In this document: positions 42,054 to 49,822 of the stretch, in pieces
How the letters are laid out: the number at the start of each line of letters is the position of its first letter
How positions within the stretch are numbered: the stretch's first letter is position 1
Source of the DNA: an uncultured Chloroflexia bacterium
GTDB taxonomy: Bacteria; Chloroflexota; Limnocylindria; Limnocylindrales; CSP1-4
Direction of reading: 5' to 3'
DNA length: 64,000 nt
NCBI GenBank assembly: GCA_963814125.1
Contig: CAWFBR010000004.1
Coordinates: 44,766 to 108,765 of the forward strand
Position numbers and translations under genes: made by a program
Notes under the pieces: model-generated
Databases searched by the model: none
Told to the model about the DNA's origin: nothing
The model's input: only the letters and a program-made list of their open reading frames with translations

Positions 42054-45000
42054 TCAGCCGCGGCGCATGCCGCTGTAGCCGAGCGCACGCACGCCCTCGG
42101 GCCGCGCCGGGCCACCGACCGAATCCGCCACCTCGGGGAGCGGCCTGACCTCGCGCGCCACCACGTTCACGACATTCGCCTCGCGCTGCAGCATCCCTTC
42201 TACGTAGAGCAGCGCGTGGCGTCGGACCACTCCCCGGAGCCGCTCCCACGCGTCCGGCCAGAGGGTGACGTTGACCATCCCCGTCTCGTCCTCCAGGGCC
42301 AGGAATACCGTACCCCGCGCCGTCATCGGATGCTGGCGCGTGACCACCAACCCACCCAGCCTCACCCGGCCTGGGCCTCGATCCGCCAGCGAGGCGTTCG
42401 TAACCGCACCCAGTCGATCGAGTGCCGGCCGGAATAGCGAGATCACCTGCCGGCGGGCATCGAGCGAGAGGACCGCATATGAATCCCCGAGCCGTTCGCG
42501 CTCGGTCAGCGCAGGCAGCTCCGGCGCGGGTGTCGGCGGCAGACGCAAGTCCATCGGCCACCCGGCCACTTTGCCGCTCACCGCTCCACGTCTCGCCGGT
42601 CGGCCGGGAACCTGCATGCCGCGAGTCATCGCCCGGCCTCGCGTCGCCCCCATTACCTCGCGCAGCTGCCATAGCAGCTCACGCCTCGGCCGCCCCAGCG
42701 AGTCCAGTGCGCCGGCCCGGATCAGCCGTTCGATTACCTCCTCGGGCAGCTCCGTGCGAGCCACTACGTCGGCGATTGTCCCGTAGGGGCCACGGGCCAG
42801 CTCCGCATCCAGGCCCTCGGCTTGCTCGTCGCCGATCCCTTTCACGAGCGCCAGACCCAGGCGGATTCCGTAGCCGGTCGCCGACTCGGCCGCCCATCGG
42901 TCTCGCGAAGCTTTCGACGGCACGATGCAGCCGGACGAGCGCACAACTGTCGGTCGCCGTGCGATCCCAGCGCCTTCGGGGAGCGGCTCGGCGCCGCGCC
43001 CGACCCATTCGGTCGTGGTCTTGTACTCAGACGCATTGATGTCGACCGGCAGGACTGCGACCCCGTGGCGCTTCGCGTCGTTGATCAGCACCTCCACCGG
43101 ATAGAAGCCCATCGGCTGGGCGTTGATCAGCCCGACCGTGAACTGGGCCGGGTAGAACAACTTGAGGAACGCAGACTCGTACGCGGTGCGCGCGAATGCC
43201 GCGGCGTGGCTCTTGGCGAAACCGAACGAGGCGAAAGCGGCGACCTGGCGGAATAGCTCCTCGGCCTGCTCGTCGGTCAGGCCGTTGGTGGCGCGGCATC
43301 CGTCGACAAACCGTAGGTGGAGCTTCTCCATCTCCTTGCTCGAGCGCCACGTTCCCATCGCCCGCCGGAACCCGTCCGACTCGCCGGCGGAGAAGCCCGC
43401 GACCGCGATGGCGATCTGCATGACCTGCTCCTGGTAGAGGATCACGCCGAGGGTCTCGCGCAGGACCGGCTCCAGGCTGGGGTGGAGGTAGGAGACCGGC
43501 TCGACCCCCTGACGGCGGCGCAGGTACGGGTGGACGGCGTTGCCCTGGATCGGGCCCGGCCGGATGATCGCGACTTCCACGACCAGGTCGTCCAGGTTGG
43601 CCGGCTTCGATTTGGGCAGCGTCTGCATCTGGGCCCGGCTCTCGACCTGGAAGACGCCCACGGTATCCGCGGCCTGGAGCATCTCGAAGACTTCCGGCAC
43701 GTCCTCCGGCAATCGGTCGAGGTCGACGCAGGCCGCGGTGTCGGCTTCGATGAGCTGGAGCGTCTCGTCGATCGCGGCCAGCATGCCGAGGCCGAGCAGG
43801 TCGAGCTTGATCAGCTTGAGCGTCTCCACATCGCGCTTATCGAACTGGACGACGACGCGGCCGGGCATCGTGGCCCGCTCCAGGGGCGCGATGTCGATGA
43901 GCGGCGTCGCAGTCACGAGCATGCCGCCGGAGTGAATAGATAGGTGCCGCGGGAAGCCGTCGATGCGGGCGCAGAACGCGAGCCAGCGCTCCCAGTCCGG
44001 CATATTGGCCGTGGAGCCGCGGCGCACGTCCGGGGGCATCGATGGTTGCGGCTGGACCCGCGCCACGCTTGAGTGCGGCTCGTGGCGGGCCGGAGCAGAA
44101 GTGGCTCGCGTCCAGCCACCCTCGTCGTTCCGCGCTGAAGCGGTGGCTGAGCGCTGCGCGAGCGGCGACGGTCCGCCGTCGCTCCGGCCGCCCCGTTCGC
44201 CCGCGATGGCTCGTTCGCCTGCCCGTTCCGCGGCCAGCCAGGCCACGCTGGCGGGAGAGTCGCCCGGGCCGCCCTCGTCGTCCGATCCCACTGTCCGCCG
44301 CCGCACCAGTCGCCGCTGCTGCTCGGCGGCCGACCCGCCGCCCAGATCCGCGATCCGCGTGGCTCCACTCGCGGCATCGTCTCCAGGGCCAGTTTCCGTC
44401 ACGTACGCATGGTGGTGGTGGTAGCCGCGAACGCCGCCCGCCGTCTGCTCCGGATCGATCGGGCTTGAGCGTGAAACGGCATCCGTAGTACCGGCAGAAG
44501 TGTCCCGTGGCGCCGATTCGGGTTCGGATTTGCGTCCAACACGCCCACCATTGGTATATGCCAGAAACGGCGGCCGAGGCGGAGGCGGAGGCGGCAGCCG
44601 GGGAGAAGGCGGCCGGGGAGAAGGCGGCGGCCGGGGAGAGAGCGGCGGCCGAGGCGGAGGCGGCGGAGAAGGCGGCGGATGGCGAGGGAGCGACGGCCGC
44701 GGCAGAAACGGCGGCGGAGGCGGAGGCGGCGGATGGCGAGGGAGCGGGCTCGCGGCTTCGATCCGACCGCCGCGCGGGTGGTTCAGCTGCCCCATGCCAT
44801 CGGTCAGGCCGCGTGTGCCCGCCGTCTCGGCCGACGCCGCGACGCCCGTGCCGACGCTCGGCTCCACGCCGGTCGATCCCGCACCCCGACTCGGCCCCAT
44901 GCCGCCGGCCACGCCGCCAGCCTCCGCCTCGCGCTCCACGGTCAGGGCGAAGAACTGACCGAAGCCGCCCTCCGCCTCCAGGTCCCGCCGGACCATCACC

Positions 45001-46898
45001 GAGTCGTAGGTCTCGAGCGCTTTCGCCACTCGATCAACCAGAGCCCGCGGAAACCCCAGCGCATACCCGACCTCGCGAACCGCCGACCGCGCCCGATACG
45101 TGACCAGGTTGCAGACCATGCCGGCGTGCTCGGCGCCGTAGCGCTCGTAGACATACTGGATCACCTCCTCCCGCCGTTCGGAGGAGAAGTCGATGTCGAC
45201 GTCGGGATAGCTCGTTCGACCCTCGTTGATGAAGCGTTCGAAGAGCAGGTGGTGGCGAATGGGATCGACGCGGGTGATCCCCAGGACGTAGGCGACGATC
45301 GAGTCGGCCGCGCTTCCCCGGCCCTGCGCGGGAATCCCACGCGATCGGGCAAAGCGCATGAGGTCCCAGCAGATCAGGAAGAACTCGGCCAGGCCGGTCC
45401 GTTCGATGACGTCCAGCTCATGGGCCAGCTGCTGAACGATCGGCGACGAGATGGGGTGGTACCGGCGGCGGGCGCCATCGTGGCACAGCTCTTCCAGGTA
45501 CGAAAACGGCGTGTGCCCCTTCGGGACCGGAAAACCGGGAAAACGATAGCGCTCGAACCCAAGGTCAACCGAGCAGCTGGCAGCCAGCTCACCCGCGTTG
45601 GCGATTCCCTGAGCCCAAGCGGCCCGCGTCCGGGCGTCGGCACCCGCAAACACGTGAGGTGCGCTCCCTGAGTGCGTACCTCCGTCCTCGGCCGGCGAGC
45701 CCACCCCAGGCGCACCAACTCCCGGCGGTGCGCCACCTCCGGGTGGCGACGCCATCAGCTCCGCGGGCGACTTCAGGAACGACTCGCCGTCCGGGCGCCG
45801 AAGGTCGCGCAACTCGTCGAGAGGGCGGCCGTGACGGATCGCCGTCAGGACGTCGTGGAGTTCCCTGCCCTCCGGGTAGGCGTAGTGGACGTCGTTCGTG
45901 ACCACGACCGGCAGGCCGAGCTCCTCGGCCAGACGCGCGGTCTCGGCCACGAGCCAGTCGTCGTCGGGGAGCAGGTGGTGCTGCAACTCGAGGAAGAAGC
46001 CGGCCGTGGCGAGGCTCTCTCCGCGCCGCGCGTCACCGGGGAGTGGCCCGTCACCGGAGAGTGGTGCGGCACCGGGGAGTGGCGCGGCAACTCTGCCCGC
46101 CCGGACTTCCGCTGCGTCTCCACGGTCGCCGGCCCCGTTGCCGCCGTCCCCGCGGCCGCTCCCACCGAACAGCTGCGCATACCGTTCCGCCGCCGCCCTC
46201 GCCCCCGCTCGATCCCCCGCCCGCAGCCGACGGCCGATCTCGCCCTCGCGGCATCCGGAAAGTGCCACCAGACCTTCCGTGTGCTCGGCCAGCAGCTCGT
46301 GGCTGAAGCGGGGCATCGACTTCGTCCCGGCGAGATTCGCCCGGCTCACCAGCCGGCAGAGGCTGCGATAGCCGGCCGCGTTCCGGGCCAGCAGGACGAG
46401 GTGAGGGCCGCGCTGCCCTTCCCCGACGCCACGCAGGTCTTCCTTGACGGCGTCGCGGTAGCCGGGGAGAAGAGCGCGATCCGGGCGCGGCCGGGACGGC
46501 AAACCCTCACCGCGCCGCGCGTCCACGTGTGAACTCGCAAGCGAGTTCACCTCCGAGTTCGCAAGCGAACTCGATCTCGCCAATGGCACGCTCCCCGGGG
46601 AGTGGCCGCGCGGCCCCTTCGCCCGCCGCGGCGGCAAGACGACCCCTGCCGGATCGTGCGTCGGCGCAACGGGCGCCGCCGCGTCCATCAGCTCGATCTC
46701 GATTCCCACGATCGGCCGCAGCCCCGCCTCCTGGGCTGCGGTCGCAAATCGAACCACGCCGTAGAGTCCATTGTGATCCGTGACCGCCAGCCCGGTCAGC
46801 CCCAGCTCGACGGCGCGTTCGACCAGCTCTTCCGGCGGAGAGGCACCGTCGAGGAAGGAGAAGTTGGTGTGGCAGTGGAGTTCGGCGTAGGCAACCAA
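42054..46898 (-). CDS. dnaE2: Error-prone DNA polymerase DnaE2 (ImuC), unusually long (1614 aa) with large low-complexity insertions
   Basis: TTG start with GAGG upstream. PHP: ELHCHTNFSFLDGAS, VTDHNGLYG. Pol III alpha core: GRGSAADSIVAYVLGIT, DIDFSSERREEV, GFPRHLSIHSGGM, VGVFQVESRAQM, FGFAKSHAAAFA. OB-fold C-terminus VFLALEDETGMVNV. Last gene of the imuA'-imuB cassette. Confidence 0.9.
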   Translation of the reverse strand: MVAYAELHCHTNFSFLDGASPPEELVERAVELGLTGLAVTDHNGLYGVVRFATAAQEAGLRPIVGIEIELMDAAAPVAPTHDPAGVVLPPRRAKGPRGHSPGSVPLARSSSLANSEVNSLASSHVDARRGEGLPSRPRPDRALLPGYRDAVKEDLRGVGEGQRGPHLVLLARNAAGYRSLCRLVSRANLAGTKSMPRFSHELLAEHTEGLVALSGCREGEIGRRLRAGDRAGARAAAERYAQLFGGSGRGDGGNGAGDRGDAAEVRAGRVAAPLPGAAPLSGDGPLPGDARRGESLATAGFFLELQHHLLPDDDWLVAETARLAEELGLPVVVTNDVHYAYPEGRELHDVLTAIRHGRPLDELRDLRRPDGESFLKSPAELMASPPGGGAPPGVGAPGVGSPAEDGGTHSGSAPHVFAGADARTRAAWAQGIANAGELAASCSVDLGFERYRFPGFPVPKGHTPFSYLEELCHDGARRRYHPISSPIVQQLAHELDVIERTGLAEFFLICWDLMRFARSRGIPAQGRGSAADSIVAYVLGITRVDPIRHHLLFERFINEGRTSYPDVDIDFSSERREEVIQYVYERYGAEHAGMVCNLVTYRARSAVREVGYALGFPRALVDRVAKALETYDSVMVRRDLEAEGGFGQFFALTVEREAEAGGVAGGMGPSRGAGSTGVEPSVGTGVAASAETAGTRGLTDGMGQLNHPRGGRIEAASPLPRHPPPPPPPPFLPRPSLPRHPPPSPPPPPRPPLSPRPPPSPRPPSPRLPPPPPPRPPFLAYTNGGRVGRKSEPESAPRDTSAGTTDAVSRSSPIDPEQTAGGVRGYHHHHAYVTETGPGDDAASGATRIADLGGGSAAEQQRRLVRRRTVGSDDEGGPGDSPASVAWLAAERAGERAIAGERGGRSDGGPSPLAQRSATASARNDEGGWTRATSAPARHEPHSSVARVQPQPSMPPDVRRGSTANMPDWERWLAFCARIDGFPRHLSIHSGGMLVTATPLIDIAPLERATMPGRVVVQFDKRDVETLKLIKLDLLGLGMLAAIDETLQLIEADTAACVDLDRLPEDVPEVFEMLQAADTVGVFQVESRAQMQTLPKSKPANLDDLVVEVAIIRPGPIQGNAVHPYLRRRQGVEPVSYLHPSLEPVLRETLGVILYQEQVMQIAIAVAGFSAGESDGFRRAMGTWRSSKEMEKLHLRFVDGCRATNGLTDEQAEELFRQVAAFASFGFAKSHAAAFARTAYESAFLKLFYPAQFTVGLINAQPMGFYPVEVLINDAKRHGVAVLPVDINASEYKTTTEWVGRGAEPLPEGAGIARRPTVVRSSGCIVPSKASRDRWAAESATGYGIRLGLALVKGIGDEQAEGLDAELARGPYGTIADVVARTELPEEVIERLIRAGALDSLGRPRRELLWQLREVMGATRGRAMTRGMQVPGRPARRGAVSGKVAGWPMDLRLPPTPAPELPALTERERLGDSYAVLSLDARRQVISLFRPALDRLGAVTNASLADRGPGRVRLGGLVVTRQHPMTARGTVFLALEDETGMVNVTLWPDAWERLRGVVRRHALLYVEGMLQREANVVNVVAREVRPLPEVADSVGGPARPEGVRALGYSGMRRG

Positions 46899-46925
46899 TC
46901 GGGCCTCGATTCGGTAGTCCGTCCG

Positions 46926-47174
46926 TCAGTCGTACAGGCGCTCGAGGTGCCACGTCCCGTCGACGCGGTCCAGGTACAGGAGCGCCAGCCAGCTCGAGCC
47001 GGCAACCTTGAAGTAGTCGCGGGCGATCGGCCGGCTCCACCAGCTCTCCTCGACGCGCCAGCGGTTGCAGACCTCGACTCGTTCGCGCCGCCCGTTCCAC
47101 CGGAACGCGACCGGTTCCTCGGCCGGACCGAGCTCGACTTCGATGGCGGGGTGCTCGCGCAACAGCCGCGTCAC
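46926..47174 (-). CDS. Small Trp-rich protein resembling a detached ImuB C-terminal domain
   Basis: ORF 46926..47234. GTG 47174 forms a GTGA overlap with the imuB stop. FRWNGRRERVEVCNRWRVEESWWSRPIARDYFKVAGSSWLALLYLDRVDGTWHLERLYD. The frame is open for at least 130 nt upstream into imuB. Confidence 0.6.
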   Translation of the reverse strand: MTRLLREHPAIEVELGPAEEPVAFRWNGRRERVEVCNRWRVEESWWSRPIARDYFKVAGSSWLALLYLDRVDGTWHLERLYD

Positions 47175-48472
47175 GGAGACGACCTGCGCCGAGCGACGGC
47201 CGTTGGAGCCTCGCCGTCCGCCTGCCGCCGCCATGTCCAGCGATCCTCGGGCAGAGGCGCCTCCGGATCGTCCAGCTCCATCCAGCCGATTCGACCCTCG
47301 CCGAAGCGGAGTTCAAGCCTGGCCAGCTGCCAGCCGAGCCGGCCCGTTCGACCCGTCTGCGGTGTGAAAAGGGCGAGCTGGCAACCCGCAGCCGGGGCCA
47401 CGCCGCCCAGCTCCAGCTCTATACGCGAGACGGGCGCCGGCGGCGGAGCCGTCTCCAGGCGGGCGATGAGCAGCCGCTCGATTGCCAGACCCTCGGAAGT
47501 GGGCTCGGGGAGGTGCTGGTCGATCGTCAGCGAGGGCGGCAGATTCCCGGCCGAGAACGAGCGGTCCAGCTCGAGAGTCACGGTGGCGCGGGCGGCCGCG
47601 GCACCGCGGGCATCGAGCTGATCGCCGAACGCCGCCGTCAGGCGGTGGAGGACGAAACGAAGGCCCTCCACGTCCGCCACGGCCGGGTCGATGGGGAGCG
47701 CCATGGTCATTCGCTCCGGGGCCCGGCGCGGCCGGAACGGATCCGTCTCCTCGCCGCGTGACCGCGCATGAATCAAGTGCCCCTCGGGCCCGAACCGGGC
47801 CACGAGCGCGGAGCGTGGCATCTCGGCGACCTGGCCGATGACGCGCAGCCCGAACCGCTCGAGCCGGCCCCGGACTACCGGATCGCGGCTCAGCAGGCCG
47901 GCGGGGAGAGGGGCCAGGAACTCCGCGTCCGCGCCCGGCTCGACGATATGGAGCGGAACCTCGCCACTCGCCACTGCCGGTGCCACTCCCCTCGTGGCGG
48001 CGACGGCGGCCGCGAACCGCGTCCCGGCGATCCCCGCCAACGGCGGCCCCGGCAGCATCTTCGCCAGCGCCTCTCCGATTCGCCGAACGATCAGCGGTTC
48101 CGGGCCCCACAACCGTTCCAGGCCGTCCAGCTGCGCCTCGGCCCGCCCGAATCCCGGCCGCGTTCCGTCCGTCTCGGCCACCACGCCGGGACTGAAGCCG
48201 GCCAGTCGATCGAGCGCCGCCTCCAGCGAGATCCCGTCGGCGGCCGGATCCGGATCGAGGAACAGCGCCTCCGGGGCAAGCCTATGGGCCGCCCCCAGCG
48301 GCATTCCGGGCCGGACGCCCAGCTCCAGCGCCGACCGGCTCGCGTCCAGGACGAAACCGTTCGTCCAGGGTTTCCCGCCCAGGACGATCGGCACCGCCGC
48401 GAAGGGCGTGGAGGACCGGCTGCGGGCCAGGCGAAGAAGGAGATGGGGCCAGTGGAGATGGAGGAGTCTCAT
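47171..48472 (-). CDS. imuB: ImuB (catalytically inactive Y-family polymerase-like mutasome subunit), short form
   Basis: 433 aa: MRLLHLHWPHLLLRLA..VPIVLGG..VLDASRSALELGVRPGMPLGAAHRLAPEA has the Y-family/ImuB N-terminal pattern. Located between imuA' and dnaE2. Confidence 0.8.
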   Translation of the reverse strand: MRLLHLHWPHLLLRLARSRSSTPFAAVPIVLGGKPWTNGFVLDASRSALELGVRPGMPLGAAHRLAPEALFLDPDPAADGISLEAALDRLAGFSPGVVAETDGTRPGFGRAEAQLDGLERLWGPEPLIVRRIGEALAKMLPGPPLAGIAGTRFAAAVAATRGVAPAVASGEVPLHIVEPGADAEFLAPLPAGLLSRDPVVRGRLERFGLRVIGQVAEMPRSALVARFGPEGHLIHARSRGEETDPFRPRRAPERMTMALPIDPAVADVEGLRFVLHRLTAAFGDQLDARGAAAARATVTLELDRSFSAGNLPPSLTIDQHLPEPTSEGLAIERLLIARLETAPPPAPVSRIELELGGVAPAAGCQLALFTPQTGRTGRLGWQLARLELRFGEGRIGWMELDDPEAPLPEDRWTWRRQADGEAPTAVARRRSSP

Positions 48473-49553
48473 CGACGGGGACCGGGAACAGTGGATGAGG
48501 TGTCAGGAGCGGCGAAGACCGGGCGGCTCTCGATGGAGCGGCCGGCCTGGCAACCCCGGGCGGAGCGACTCCGGCCAGGAACCGGCGTGCCAAATCGACC
48601 AATTCGGCCGGGTGGCGGACGCTCTCCGCGGTTTCCCGTAGCAGCTCGTCTCTGGCCAGGCAGGCATCCCGCAAGCCGCCATCCGCGTACAGGATCCGAA
48701 TCTCCGCCGCTCGGCCAGGAGGCCCGAACCGGTCTCTCGAGACCCGGACCTCCGTCCGCTGTCCCACCACGTCCCGGCCCAGCCGAATCCACGCCCGCCG
48801 GCTCAGCTCCAACCTCAGGGCCGCAACCTGAGTGAGTACGCCCGCCAGGGCAGAGGGAAGATTCGGCGGTTCGAGCACCAGCAGCTGCACGCCTGCTCGA
48901 CGAGCGAGCGCCGTCAGCCGGCCGAACCTTTCAGCCAGGGTGGCTGCCGAGAGACCGGCTCCTTCCAGTGGCCGGTTCGGCAAGTCCAGCAGCAGCAGGT
49001 CTACCGTTCGGTCCTGGAGAAGCATCGCCGCCATCGCCAGCGCTTCACCGAGCGAATCCGGCGTGAGTACGACCAGCCACTCGAGCTGCACGCCCCGAGC
49101 GACCGCCTCGACCGGATCGAGGCTTCTGGCCAGGTCCAGGTAGGCGGCCAGTCCACCCGCGGCCTGAGCCTGAGCGACGGCCCGCAGCGCCAGCGTCGTC
49201 TTGCCGCTGGTCCCGTCGCCACGGAGAGCGGTGGCCGCCGCACGCGGCAGGCCGCCCAGCCCGAGGATCGCGTCGAGCGCACCGAAACCGGTTGGGATGG
49301 CCCGCTCATCGAACAGCTCGACCGGGTGTCTCGACGGTGCGCCGGCCGCCTGGGCGCCGGAGGCCACCCGGGCTATCGAAGGCGCCGAGATCGAGGGCGC
49401 CGGTTCGTCATCTGCCGGTTCGTCATCCGGCCGCGGTTTCGGAGCGATGGCCAGCGCCCCGACGACCTCCGTGCCCCAGCGCGGAGCTGCTCTTCCCCAG
49501 CGTTCCCGGAGGGACGCAAGGGCGGCCTCGACGTTCGGAGGGGCGGCTGTCAT
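48282..49553 (-). CDS. imuA: ImuA'-like RecA-fold protein
   Basis: 423 aa. IPTGFGALDAILGLGGLPRAAATALRGDGTSGKTTLAL (Walker A-like), then LLLLD. First gene after the LexA box. The last 191 nt overlap imuB in another frame. Confidence 0.7.
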   Translation of the reverse strand: MTAAPPNVEAALASLRERWGRAAPRWGTEVVGALAIAPKPRPDDEPADDEPAPSISAPSIARVASGAQAAGAPSRHPVELFDERAIPTGFGALDAILGLGGLPRAAATALRGDGTSGKTTLALRAVAQAQAAGGLAAYLDLARSLDPVEAVARGVQLEWLVVLTPDSLGEALAMAAMLLQDRTVDLLLLDLPNRPLEGAGLSAATLAERFGRLTALARRAGVQLLVLEPPNLPSALAGVLTQVAALRLELSRRAWIRLGRDVVGQRTEVRVSRDRFGPPGRAAEIRILYADGGLRDACLARDELLRETAESVRHPAELVDLARRFLAGVAPPGVARPAAPSRAARSSPLLTPHPLFPVPVDETPPSPLAPSPSSPGPQPVLHALRGGADRPGRETLDERFRPGREPVGAGAGRPARNAAGGGP

Positions 49554-49566
49554 GGGTCATCAATAC

Positions 49567-49582
49567 TAGAACATACGTTCTA
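49567..49582. promoter_or_regulatory. LexA (SOS) box, Gram-positive type GAAC-N4-GTTC
   Basis: Perfect 16-bp palindrome TAGAACATACGTTCTA, 14 nt upstream of the imuA' ATG, in an AT-richer patch. Confidence 0.8.
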
Positions 49583-49666
49583 ATAGTCAAGGCCCCGACC
49601 GCCGACACGGAGCGCTTCGAGGGGTCTGTTTGGCGGACCCTGTGCTAGACTGCGGCTCGCTCGCGT

Positions 49667-49742
49667 GGGGATGTAGCTCAGCCGGAAGAGCACCGCGTTC
49701 GCATCGCGGGGGTCAGGGGTTCGAGTCCCCTCATCTCCACCA
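49667..49742 (+). tRNA. tRNA-Ala (anticodon CGC), CCA encoded
   Basis: Hand-folded cloverleaf: acceptor GGGGATG/CATCTCC with G3:U70, D stem GCTC/GAGC, anticodon stem CCGCG/CGCGG with loop TTCGCAT, T arm AGGGG-TTCGAGT-CCCCT, discriminator A, CCA. Confidence 0.95.
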
Positions 49743-49822
49743 ACCCCTCCACCTCGGCCCGTTCTGCTAGCCGGCGCCACTTGGCGCGGGGCCACCGATT
49801 CCCGAGTGGCGGAAGGCCGTGC

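Noticed and set aside
44000-44950. Intein or mobile insertion inside dnaE2
   Set aside because: There are no Cys/Ser/Thr ... His-Asn splice-junction residues and no Hint or homing-endonuclease motifs. The sequence is low complexity and in frame. The opposite-strand ORFs are Gly/Arg shadows.
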